The position numbers were made by a program, and so were the translations under genes. The notes under the pieces were generated by a model. It did no database searches. It was not told where the DNA came from and worked only from the letters and a program-made list of their open reading frames with translations. 28,993 bases of DNA, from the NCBI GenBank assembly GCA_046498225.1, contig JAWOBF010000020.1, positions 1-28,993 of the forward strand, given 5' to 3'. Below, piece after piece: positions 10,556 through 18,788 of the stretch. Within the stretch, counting starts at the first letter, position 1. Every line of letters begins with the position of its first letter. This DNA is from Candidatus Aegiribacteria sp. GTDB lineage: Bacteria > Fermentibacterota > Fermentibacteria > Fermentibacterales > JCC-6.

Positions 10556-11906
10556 TCCTGGCCAGCCATGCCCTGAAACCCTCGCTGCCGGTGGGTCCCC
10601 TGACCGATTCGGGATCTCTCCGGTCCAGGGAGACGGTCACCCCTCTCGATTCCAGCTGATGGACTGTGAGGATGGCTCTGGCATGGTTGGAATATTCACG
10701 CAGAAGGACAGGTGCTTTCCTCATCAGCTCCCGGGACTCGCCCGGTGATATTCCCATTACGTCCCGCAGGGCCTTCGCCACTCTTTCCTCGTTCCCGGAC
10801 GAAGGCCGGCACAGGAGCAGCTTCAGGGACCCCTCCTCCCTGATGTCCTCCTCCGCAGGCTGATCAGCTTCATTCCGACCGGGACTTCTGAACAGGTTGG
10901 TCAGGAAAGTCTCGTCATCCATATCCTCATCTTCATCACCGCCGTGGCTGAGGACGGGGGGAAGGAGCATACCCGCATCGACTCGGGCGGGGGGGGGATG
11001 CAGGAGAACCACGTCCGGTGCCGGTTCATCGGCCCACCCTGAATGCTCCCTGCTTCCCACCACGGGGGGCGGGGCGGCGGGAGGAGCGTCGGGGGGTGAA
11101 AACTCCAGGACCTGCGGCAGGGCCGCGGGACCCTGTTCCGGCAACACCGGCGGTACCCGCCGGAAATCCTCCCTGACGAAGGCGTCCGGAGCGCCGGGAG
11201 TGTATCTGGAGGGCGGGCTCATGATGATCGTCCCGCCGTCCGTCTCGAAACTGTCCAGCGGCGGCGGTTCGAAGGAATGACCTTCGGGAAGCCCCACTAC
11301 CGGCGGGGCCTCCTCTTCCGCCTCCGGTTCGGCCTTCGGTTCCCTTCTGAAAAGAGCGTCGCTGGCGTCAACGTCTTCAGCGGCGGGGGCCTGCCCGGCG
11401 CTGAACACCGCGTTGGATCTTTTTCTGGCCGTAAGGCTTTCCTGAAATGGAGTTTCGGTCTCGATCCTGACTATGCCGCCGGCTTCGGTGACGGATCTCT
11501 TTATCTTCCTGGCCGTTTCGCTGTCCACCCCCCCGCTGAGCACGAAGGGCATACGGGAAAGCCAGTTGATTACCTGCTCCTGCGGAAGTCGGGTAAGCTC
11601 CTGGAGCCTTCTTCGAAGACGGGTCCTGTAACCTGGACGATAGTTCACCAGTAGTACCCGGAAAAGCTGCGTGGGGGAAGGTCCCGAATCACTGTCCGGC
11701 AGGACCCTGCACGTGACTCCGGGGTCCCTTTTCAGCCTGTCGGCAAGGGCCTGGGCCTCGCTTTCCGACAGGTTCCGGCAGACAACATTCTCACCTCGAC
11801 TGAAAGCCAGGAGGATACTGTCCAGTGCAAGGCCCGTCCGCTGCGCCAGAACCTGCACCGACGCTTCCGACGGGCTGTCGCCAGCCACCTCGACCTTCCA
11901 GTTCAT
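10548..11906 (-). CDS. Protein with three ribosomal L7/L12 C-terminal (ClpS-like fold) domains and a long Pro/acidic linker
   Basis: Three segments resemble the L7/L12 CTD: VLAQRTGL..NLSESEAQALADRL; LQELTRLP..MPFVLSGGVDSETARKIKRSVTEAGGIV; ALRDVMGIS..SRELMRKAPVLL..LESRGVTV. The central region is Pro/Glu/Asp-rich. Its stop overlaps the xerD start. Confidence 0.7.
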   Translation of the reverse strand: MNWKVEVAGDSPSEASVQVLAQRTGLALDSILLAFSRGENVVCRNLSESEAQALADRLKRDPGVTCRVLPDSDSGPSPTQLFRVLLVNYRPGYRTRLRRRLQELTRLPQEQVINWLSRMPFVLSGGVDSETARKIKRSVTEAGGIVRIETETPFQESLTARKRSNAVFSAGQAPAAEDVDASDALFRREPKAEPEAEEEAPPVVGLPEGHSFEPPPLDSFETDGGTIIMSPPSRYTPGAPDAFVREDFRRVPPVLPEQGPAALPQVLEFSPPDAPPAAPPPVVGSREHSGWADEPAPDVVLLHPPPARVDAGMLLPPVLSHGGDEDEDMDDETFLTNLFRSPGRNEADQPAEEDIREEGSLKLLLCRPSSGNEERVAKALRDVMGISPGESRELMRKAPVLLREYSNHARAILTVHQLESRGVTVSLDRRDPESVRGPTGSEGFRAWLARNG

Positions 11907-11930
11907 GTCTTCTATCCGGACCGGGGGCGG

Positions 11931-12953
11931 CTACAGCTGTCTTCTGGCGAGTTCGATACGGTCCCCCACCCGGACCAGGTCCGAGGTTCCTATGGAATAT
12001 ATCATGGCGGAGGATGTGTTCTGCCGGGCGTCCAGGACTATGAGGTCGCAGACCGGAACGTCCGGTGTGTCCACCAGAGAGCCGTCCGGACTTTCTATCT
12101 GCCGGCCGTACTTGAACATTTTGTAGACGTCACCTGGGTTCAGACCGTCAGCGGAACCCCTGTCTATGTATATGACGTCGTAGGAGTAGACCCTCTCCAT
12201 GTCGGGGTCGCGGAAGGCCAGCACATAGGCGTCCAGCTGGTCCACCGTCTCGGAGGTGGTGACCGGTATGTGCTCCTCCCTGCTGTAGGGCACCAGAAAA
12301 TCACCGTAGCTGATGGGAAGATAGCTGTGTTCCACCATGGCCACGCTGGAGGTGGGGTCCGTATCCACTATACGGCAGATGCCGGCAACCCTGTAGGCGT
12401 TACCCATCAGGTTACCATTTTCGGGATGGGATATCTCCTCACCGGACCTGTAAATCGTGTAGATCATGTCCGGTCCGACCCCGTCATTCGAACCGATGTC
12501 AAGCGCCACAAGGTCTCCCGGATAGGCGTTGATGTCCTCGAAGGGGTCCTCCTCCTCGATGTCCACGTCGATCACGTAGCCCGAGGGCTGAGGAGGCGCG
12601 TCGGTGACCATGCCCGCGGTTTCCAGAACAAGCCTGCTGAGCATGGGCCTGCTGCTGGAAGTAGAGGTGATGTAGATGCCTCCCGCATGTAGGCTACCCC
12701 GGTCCACCGTTCCGTCATCCATGACGTCCGGGATCGTCAGGTCGGTCCCCGGCCTGAGGTATTCCACCCCCTCCACGGTGGGATTGGCCCTGAGGATGTC
12801 CTCCCAGTGGAACGGTGTGCCGTAGTACTGGATGGAGAGTTCCCACAGGGTATCTCCATACCTTATGTGATGAACCTGTACGGCTGAAACGGAAAAGATC
12901 GTCCCGGCGAGCAGTATCGCCAGGACCGGTAATGCGGAATTGAAGTTTTTCAT
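11931..12953 (-). CDS. Secreted LysM peptidoglycan-binding protein, TsaP-like architecture
   Basis: Start ATG 12953 (GGAGG SD). Signal peptide, then LysM (HHIRYGDTLWELSIQYYGTPFHWEDILRANP...LRPG.DLTIP), then two repeated beta domains with [DL]IG..DGV.P / IDRG..DGL.PGDV motifs. Confidence 0.8.
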   Translation of the reverse strand: MKNFNSALPVLAILLAGTIFSVSAVQVHHIRYGDTLWELSIQYYGTPFHWEDILRANPTVEGVEYLRPGTDLTIPDVMDDGTVDRGSLHAGGIYITSTSSSRPMLSRLVLETAGMVTDAPPQPSGYVIDVDIEEEDPFEDINAYPGDLVALDIGSNDGVGPDMIYTIYRSGEEISHPENGNLMGNAYRVAGICRIVDTDPTSSVAMVEHSYLPISYGDFLVPYSREEHIPVTTSETVDQLDAYVLAFRDPDMERVYSYDVIYIDRGSADGLNPGDVYKMFKYGRQIESPDGSLVDTPDVPVCDLIVLDARQNTSSAMIYSIGTSDLVRVGDRIELARRQL

Positions 12954-13010
12954 GACAGATCGACCTCCCGGGTGGTCCATATTAATGAGCGAACTTCATA
13001 ACTTCATAAT

Positions 13011-13039
13011 ATTCTAAGTTCACATGTTACTCAAGTCAA
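13011..13039 (-). promoter_or_regulatory. Sigma70-type promoter for the LysM - L7/L12-like - xerD - hypothetical operon
   Basis: Minus strand TTGACT (13039-13034), 17 nt, TAGAAT (13016-13011), in an AT-rich gap. Confidence 0.7.
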
Positions 13040-13064
13040 ATCCCCTTTTCCGGCAGTATGGGAA

Positions 13065-13781
13065 CTAGTCCATCGAGGGATACAGAACCGAGTTCCCGAG
13101 AATGCCGGGAGTCTTCAATACTTCCACCGAGAAGGAGCCTCCCACACCGGCTATGGATTCCCTCTGGGGTCTGTTCACCGCCAGTCGAAGCTGGCCGTCT
13201 CCCGGGGCATCACCGCTCCAGGTGCTTCCAGCGGCTACCGGCGTGGTTTCGCCAACCGACAGCACCAGCTGACCGTTGGTCGCTCCCGGGACCAGCGCCA
13301 GGGCGGTTGAATAGTATTCCAGCCCCGAGGGTCCGCAGGTCCCGGTCTCCACCGATACCCGTCCGGAGGCCCTTACGGATAGCCTGTCATGGGGAGATAG
13401 CCAAATCCCGGTATTCACCCATCCGGCCGACGCGGGAACCTCAACCGTTAACGAGGTATCCAGGGAGGGGTCGCTCCAGATGACCACTTCCACCTCTTCC
13501 TTGTCGAAAGTGACGCTCCCCCGGTCCCCGTTGACCGTGAACCCGCCGTCGTCGTAGCTGACGAAACCCCTGACAGTGGTTCCCTCCTCCCTGAGAAAGA
13601 CCCTTGCCCTGTCATGTTCCAGGGAGGTCCGGGAGCCTTCGAACACAACCAGTCCGCCGTCGATGGATTCCAGCTTTCCGGACAGCACCCGCCCGTCGGC
13701 TGTGACCAGTCTGTCAGGTTTCCTCTCGCATCCAGTGAGAACCATAACCAGCAGAAGGAACGGGATGACAGCCATCCTCAT
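13065..13781 (-). CDS. Lipoprotein with a C-terminal LecA/PA-IL-like lectin-fold domain
   Basis: Lipobox VLTG-C. The C-terminal domain VPASAGWVNTGI.L...DRLSVRASG...GPSG...PGA..GQLV..VG...GQLRLAVN...GSFSVEV follows the PA-IL-like pattern. Confidence 0.7.
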   Translation of the reverse strand: MRMAVIPFLLLVMVLTGCERKPDRLVTADGRVLSGKLESIDGGLVVFEGSRTSLEHDRARVFLREEGTTVRGFVSYDDGGFTVNGDRGSVTFDKEEVEVVIWSDPSLDTSLTVEVPASAGWVNTGIWLSPHDRLSVRASGRVSVETGTCGPSGLEYYSTALALVPGATNGQLVLSVGETTPVAAGSTWSGDAPGDGQLRLAVNRPQRESIAGVGGSFSVEVLKTPGILGNSVLYPSMD

Positions 13782-13787
13782 ACTACA

Positions 13788-16145
13788 TCAGCCTTTCAGT
13801 TCCGGAATGAAGTGCGTCACCGCATCCTCGACGCTGTCCATGAGCTCGAAGCTCATCTGCTTCCTGGTATCCTCCGGGATCTCCTCGAGGCTTCTGCTGT
13901 TCTCCCTGGGGATGAACACCCTGGTTATGCCGGCGGCCAGCGCGCCCAGGGTCTTCTCCTTGATGCCCCCTACAGGCATCACCCTTCCCTGAAGGCTTAT
14001 CTCTCCGGTAACCGCTGCATCCGGGACTACGGGAAGCCCGGTGAGCGCCGACAGCATCGATATGAGAATGGCGACGCCTGCAGAGGGTCCATCCTTGGGG
14101 GTGGCCCCGGCCGGAACGTGAAGATGAACGTCAAGGTGCTTGAAATCCCGGTCCAGTCCGTATTCCTCCGCGTGGGACCTTATCCATGACATGGCCGCCT
14201 TGGCGGACTCCTGCATGACATCCCCCAGCTGGCCGGTGAGTATCAGCTCTCCCTTGCCGCTCATTATGGTGCTCTCGATGAGCAGTATCTCCCCGCCGGA
14301 GGGTGTCCAGGCGAGGCCGGTGCACATACCAACCCTGGGTTCGTCGGATACCCTCTCGCGGGTAAACCTCCTGGCGCCGAGGAAATCATGCAGTCTCGAA
14401 GGTGTCACTATCACAAGCTCATCGCCGCCGGCGGCGACCTTCATGGCCACCTTCCTGCATATCTTTCCTATGGTCCGCTCCAGTTCCCTCACACCCGCCT
14501 CCCGGGTGTAATCGTCGATGATGGCGCTGATACCCTTGGCCCTGAACCGGAGATGCCTGCCGGTAAGACCGGCGTTCTTCATCTGCCTCTTCACAAGGTA
14601 CCTTCTGGCGATCTCCAGCTTCTCCGAAGCGGTGTAGCCGGGTATCCTGATTATCTCCATCCTGTCCCGCAGCGGGGAGGGAATGGTATCCAGCCGGTTG
14701 GCGGTGGTTATGAACTGTACTCCGCTCAGGTCGAAGGGGACGTTCATGTAATTGTCCCGAAAAGAGAAGTTCTGCTCCGGGTCCAGCACTTCCAGCAGCG
14801 CCGAAGTGGGATCTCCTCGAAAATCGCTGCCTATCTTGTCAACCTCGTCCAGCATGAAGACCGGATTGTTGCTTCCCGCCTCCTTCAGCCCCTGGATTAT
14901 CTTGCCCGGCATGGCGCCGATATAGGTCCTCCGGTGTCCCCTTATCTCGGCTTCGTCATGCACGCCGCCCAGGGAGAGGCGGACGAAGTTCCTCCCCACC
15001 GCCCTTGCGATGCTTTTGCCCATGGAGGTCTTGCCCACTCCGGGAGGTCCAACGAAACACATGATGGGGGCCTTGCCGCCGGGGTTCAGCTTGCGCACCG
15101 CCAGGAATTCCAGCACCCTCTCCTTCACGTCCTTCAGGTCGTAGTGGTCCTCCTCCAGGACCCTGCCGGCCCGGCTGATGTCCAGCCTGTCCGTGGTGCT
15201 GTCAAGCCAGGGCAGGGTGAGTATCCATTCTATGTAATTCCTGATCACCGCCACCTCCGGAAGACCGGGGTTCATTCTCTCCAGCCTCTCCAGCTCTTCC
15301 ATGGCCGCTTCGCGGACCTGCTCGGGCAGTTCCTTCTCCCGGATCCTCTCCCTGAGTTCCCGGGCCTCCGGATTCTCGCTCTCCCCGCCCAGCTCCTTCT
15401 GGATCGCCTTCATCTGCTCCTTGAGGATGTACTCCTTCTGGTCCTTCTCTATCTCTGTGCGGACCTGACCCTGTATCTTGTTGCGCAGCTTGAGAATTCT
15501 GATCTCTTTCTCCATCAGGCTGGAAAGATGCCAGAGCCTTTCCAGAACACTGTCCATCTCCAGTATCCTCTGCTTCTCATCGTTGTCGGCCTCTATCCTG
15601 CTGGCGGCCAGGAAGCTGAGTTTCTCCGCGTCATCGGAGAGTTCCAGAAGCTGCGTATCGTCGGGAACCGTCCTGGTGAGTTCGAATATCTGCTTCAGCT
15701 GTATCCCCACGGTGTTCTTCCAGGCCTCCAGCTCCACCTCTTCCCTGGGAAAGACCGAATCAAGCCTCTCCACCCTGGCCAGCATGTAGGGTTTCCCGGA
15801 ATCGATGAACTCCAGTATCCTGAAACGGACCAGTCCTCTGAGATGGAGCCTGATTATGTTGCCCGGGAACCTGTAGAGCCTGTCTATTCCGGTTACGGTC
15901 CCCACCTCGTACAGGTCCCCCGGCCCGGGAACGGAATCGGTCTCGCCCCTGAGGCTCACTACGCCGATGAGCTTATCCCCTCTCACGGCGTCGTCCACCA
16001 TTTCCGCTATCTCCTGGCTGGCTATCGTCCTGGGAACGATGGTATAGGGATATACGACCCCCTCGGGACTGGGAAGGATGGGTATTATCTCTGGAAGGTC
16101 AATGGTGTTCGCCCGGACCATATGGTTCAGTTCCTCCGTTCTCAA
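13788..16145 (-). CDS. lon: ATP-dependent Lon protease (LonA type)
   Basis: Lon_N domain, Walker A GPPGVGKTS, GHRRTYIGAMPG, Walker B LDEVDK, YTREAGVR, catalytic PKDGPSAG and Lys in VGGIKEK. The TTG start overlaps the hsp20 stop; ATG 16121 is an alternative start. Confidence 0.97.
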   Translation of the reverse strand: MRTEELNHMVRANTIDLPEIIPILPSPEGVVYPYTIVPRTIASQEIAEMVDDAVRGDKLIGVVSLRGETDSVPGPGDLYEVGTVTGIDRLYRFPGNIIRLHLRGLVRFRILEFIDSGKPYMLARVERLDSVFPREEVELEAWKNTVGIQLKQIFELTRTVPDDTQLLELSDDAEKLSFLAASRIEADNDEKQRILEMDSVLERLWHLSSLMEKEIRILKLRNKIQGQVRTEIEKDQKEYILKEQMKAIQKELGGESENPEARELRERIREKELPEQVREAAMEELERLERMNPGLPEVAVIRNYIEWILTLPWLDSTTDRLDISRAGRVLEEDHYDLKDVKERVLEFLAVRKLNPGGKAPIMCFVGPPGVGKTSMGKSIARAVGRNFVRLSLGGVHDEAEIRGHRRTYIGAMPGKIIQGLKEAGSNNPVFMLDEVDKIGSDFRGDPTSALLEVLDPEQNFSFRDNYMNVPFDLSGVQFITTANRLDTIPSPLRDRMEIIRIPGYTASEKLEIARRYLVKRQMKNAGLTGRHLRFRAKGISAIIDDYTREAGVRELERTIGKICRKVAMKVAAGGDELVIVTPSRLHDFLGARRFTRERVSDEPRVGMCTGLAWTPSGGEILLIESTIMSGKGELILTGQLGDVMQESAKAAMSWIRSHAEEYGLDRDFKHLDVHLHVPAGATPKDGPSAGVAILISMLSALTGLPVVPDAAVTGEISLQGRVMPVGGIKEKTLGALAAGITRVFIPRENSRSLEEIPEDTRKQMSFELMDSVEDAVTHFIPELKG

Positions 16146-16504
16146 TGACCGCAGGGGCCTTCACTGTCCACCGGTATCCTGACACTTTCTTCGGTCACCG
16201 ATGGAAGGACCACGGTGAGTATGCCGTTCTCCATGGAGGCGGAGACCCGCTCCACGTCGATCCTTCCGGGAACGGTTATCTCCCGGTGGAACCAGCCGGT
16301 GTATATCTCCAGTTTCTGGGCAAGGAACTCCCTGGCGGGAGGTTTCTTTACGCCTCTTATGACTATGCTTTCGGCAAAAACGGTAAGGTCGATATCCTCT
16401 GTGGTAAGTCCCGGCAGCTCAACGAACACCAGCCACCGGTCGTCGGCTTCATAGATATCGACCGAAGGGGTCCAGTCTATCTCACCCTGTCGCAGCAGAA
16501 ACAT
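16142..16504 (-). CDS. Hsp20/alpha-crystallin small heat-shock protein
   Basis: PSVDIYE...VELPGL..EDI.L....I.IRG.K...EI..G.F.REI.VP..ID...VSA.MENGILTV.LP. Confidence 0.92.
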   Translation of the reverse strand: MFLLRQGEIDWTPSVDIYEADDRWLVFVELPGLTTEDIDLTVFAESIVIRGVKKPPAREFLAQKLEIYTGWFHREITVPGRIDVERVSASMENGILTVVLPSVTEESVRIPVDSEGPCGH

Positions 16505-16515
16505 GACCCGCCGTA

Positions 16516-18597
16516 CTACTCAATGTCGAACCGGACCTGCACGTTCGTGGTAACCTCCACAGGCTCCCCGCCCTGCATGGCCGGACTGAACACCCAGTTG
16601 CTCACGGCGTCCATGGCGGCCTGGCCGCATCCGAGACCGAGGGGATCGTTCACTATATCGACGTTCTGCACCGTTCCGTCGGTTCCGACCCGGACCGCCA
16701 GGGTGACGTATCCGTGTATGTCTCCCCTCGCCCTCGCCTGTGAAGGAACCGAGGGAGCCTCCTGCGAGATGGGGAAGGGCTGAGAGATGGGCTGCTCCTC
16801 CTCCGGCTCGACGATGGCCACCGTGTCCTCGACCTCTTCCTCAGGCTCCGCCAGGGCTACGGCGTTGTACTGTATGGAGGTTGTCTCGCCCGCGGTGATC
16901 TGAACAGTGCGGACGTCGTCCTGGAAATCGGGATTTGACAGCCTTACCGCATAGGTTCCCGGTTCAAGTTCCACTCCCCCGAAGGGCGTGGTACCCACAA
17001 GAGCGCCGTCAACGTATACGTCCGACCACGGCTCCGGACCGACCATGAGCTGACCGGTCTCCTCGATCTCCGCCAGGGAGACGGTCCGGCTGTAGCCCTC
17101 CTCGTCCAGGGCTATGTTCACCCCGAAGTCCTCCCGGTCCTGCATTGTGACCTGCAGGTAATAGTTACCGAAGGGAAGGGCCTGGCTCATCCTCCTGCCG
17201 GTGGCCACCCTCTCTCCGTCTATGTAGAAGTTTGCGTTGCCCGGAGTGTCCGCGGCCAGCTGAAGGGTAACCTGCGACTGTTCCGCGTTCAGAACGTTCA
17301 GGGTCTGGGTGAAATCCTCCGGTTCCGCCACCAGGACCGATTCGGGCATGCTCCTGTATCCCTCCACCATCGCCTGGAATACATGCTCACCGGTACTGAC
17401 CGTGTCCGAAAAACTCTGAATGACCTCCCCGTCCACCAGGAAGCTCACCTCTTCCGCCCCGGGTTCATCCTCCCCCTCGGGCATCAGGTAGTCGAAGGTG
17501 ACCTGGACCCTGGAGGTTCCAAGGGTGTCGAGAGTAAGGGTATCCGTCCTCATCATTCCCTCCTCGAGTTCGGGAGCGAGGGTCAGAGTCTCGTAGCCGG
17601 GAGCCGATACCTTAACGGTCCTGCTGGTGAATACCGTATCCGTCAGCACGAAGACACCGGGGCTGACCTCTTCGGCGGGCTGGCCGTCGAGGGTTACCGT
17701 GGCGTCCTCTATATCGGGGATCACTATTGTCTGAGTGAACGGCTGGGTGGGCTGGGCCTCCATGACCGGCTCCGGTTCCTCCCCGCCGAACACGTTCATG
17801 ATGAGGAAAACAACAACGACCAGCAGGACAGCCGCGCCTATAATGAACATCAATTTCTTTTTGCCCTTTTCCTCGTCGGTTCTGCTCACCGCTGCAACCG
17901 GCTCCCTCTTCCCGGGAGCCGTCTTTCCGGCCCCGGGCTTCCTTCTGGGAGGGGTTTCCTTTCTTCCTGCGGTTTCCGGAGCCGGTTCGGTTTTCGTCTC
18001 CGGTCCGGAGGTGACGGGAGCGGCGGCTGCCGCGGCTCCGGCCTTCTCCTCTTCCGGAACGCCCCTGTAATTCTCGGCCAGGTCAAGGAGCTCGCCCAGC
18101 ACCGGCGCCGATGGCCAGAGGTCGAATATTCTCCGTATGTTCTCCACGGCGAAGGCGGGGTCTCCAGAATCGATGCGGCTGCGGACCATGTCCGCCAGCC
18201 CCTCCACCTTTATCAGCATCCTTACATAGCTTATTCTCTTCTTCACCATGGCGTTGTCAGGATCGTGCCTCTTGGCCCTCTCCAGTTCCTGAAGGGCACG
18301 CACCGAGTCACCGGCTTCCATGGCCTCGTCCGACCTCTTTATGCAGTCATCGACAAAACCGGAGGAGGAGATGTTCCTGCCGGCGGAATGAGCCCGGCTG
18401 GACCTGCTCCTGTTGAACTTCTCCATGGCCGCGATCTCCCGCTCGACAATGTTGATCCGCTCCATTATCTGCTGGTTCTCAGGATCGAGTTCAAGAGCCC
18501 TGCGGTAAGTTACGAGGGCTTCTTCCCTCTCACCCTGCTGAATCTGTTTTCTGGCGGTCTGCAATAGTTTCTTGACTTCTTCAGATCCTGCGCTCAT
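16516..18597 (-). CDS. Bitopic membrane protein: N-terminal TPR region, one TM helix, PEGA-like repeats, C-terminal TonB_C domain
   Basis: Start taken as ATG 18597 because the TTG at 18666 lies upstream of the -10 box. TPRs (EALVTYRRALELDPEN; LERAKRHDPDN), TM LMFIIGAAVLLVVVVFLIM, PEGA (PWSDVYVDGALVGTTP...LEPGTY.VRL), TonB_C (G.VTL.VRVG.DG.V...AA.DAV..W.F.PA..GG.PV). Confidence 0.85.
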   Translation of the reverse strand: MSAGSEEVKKLLQTARKQIQQGEREEALVTYRRALELDPENQQIMERINIVEREIAAMEKFNRSRSSRAHSAGRNISSSGFVDDCIKRSDEAMEAGDSVRALQELERAKRHDPDNAMVKKRISYVRMLIKVEGLADMVRSRIDSGDPAFAVENIRRIFDLWPSAPVLGELLDLAENYRGVPEEEKAGAAAAAAPVTSGPETKTEPAPETAGRKETPPRRKPGAGKTAPGKREPVAAVSRTDEEKGKKKLMFIIGAAVLLVVVVFLIMNVFGGEEPEPVMEAQPTQPFTQTIVIPDIEDATVTLDGQPAEEVSPGVFVLTDTVFTSRTVKVSAPGYETLTLAPELEEGMMRTDTLTLDTLGTSRVQVTFDYLMPEGEDEPGAEEVSFLVDGEVIQSFSDTVSTGEHVFQAMVEGYRSMPESVLVAEPEDFTQTLNVLNAEQSQVTLQLAADTPGNANFYIDGERVATGRRMSQALPFGNYYLQVTMQDREDFGVNIALDEEGYSRTVSLAEIEETGQLMVGPEPWSDVYVDGALVGTTPFGGVELEPGTYAVRLSNPDFQDDVRTVQITAGETTSIQYNAVALAEPEEEVEDTVAIVEPEEEQPISQPFPISQEAPSVPSQARARGDIHGYVTLAVRVGTDGTVQNVDIVNDPLGLGCGQAAMDAVSNWVFSPAMQGGEPVEVTTNVQVRFDIE

Positions 18598-18632
18598 CTC
18601 CAACCTGCTCCCTCTGGTTGCTGGTGCGAGCC

Positions 18633-18677
18633 ATGAATAAGATTCATAAATGCTATCAACTGACAAACCGGTGTCAA
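18633..18677 (-). promoter_or_regulatory. Sigma70-type promoter with overlapping inverted repeats, for the TonB_C - hsp20 - lon - lectin operon
   Basis: TTGACA (18677-18672), 16 nt, TAGCAT (18655-18650) with an extended -10 TG. Inverted repeats TGACA-N6-TGTCA (18661-18676) and ATGAAT-AAG-ATTCAT (18633-18647). Confidence 0.6.
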
Positions 18678-18788
18678 GTGCCCTGCAAGAACTTTATTTT
18701 CGATCATACCTAAGATAGACAGTAATCCATGTCCGTGGCAACCTCTACCGTCAGCGTATCGATGTTCATCATCGACCCGGCGGGTGAA

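Noticed and set aside
10548..11906. True ribosomal protein L7/L12 (rplL)
   Set aside because: It is 452 aa, lacks the N-terminal dimerisation domain, has diverged CTD motifs, and is not next to rplJ or rpoB.
13014..13035. HspR HAIR operator suggested by ACTCAAG at 13029-13035
   Set aside because: Only one half-site matches, and it lies downstream of hsp20-lon rather than upstream.
18710..18772. 20-aa minus-strand ORF MMNIDTLTVEVATDMDYCLS between recG and the TonB_C gene
   Set aside because: No SD and no supporting features; its length is consistent with chance.
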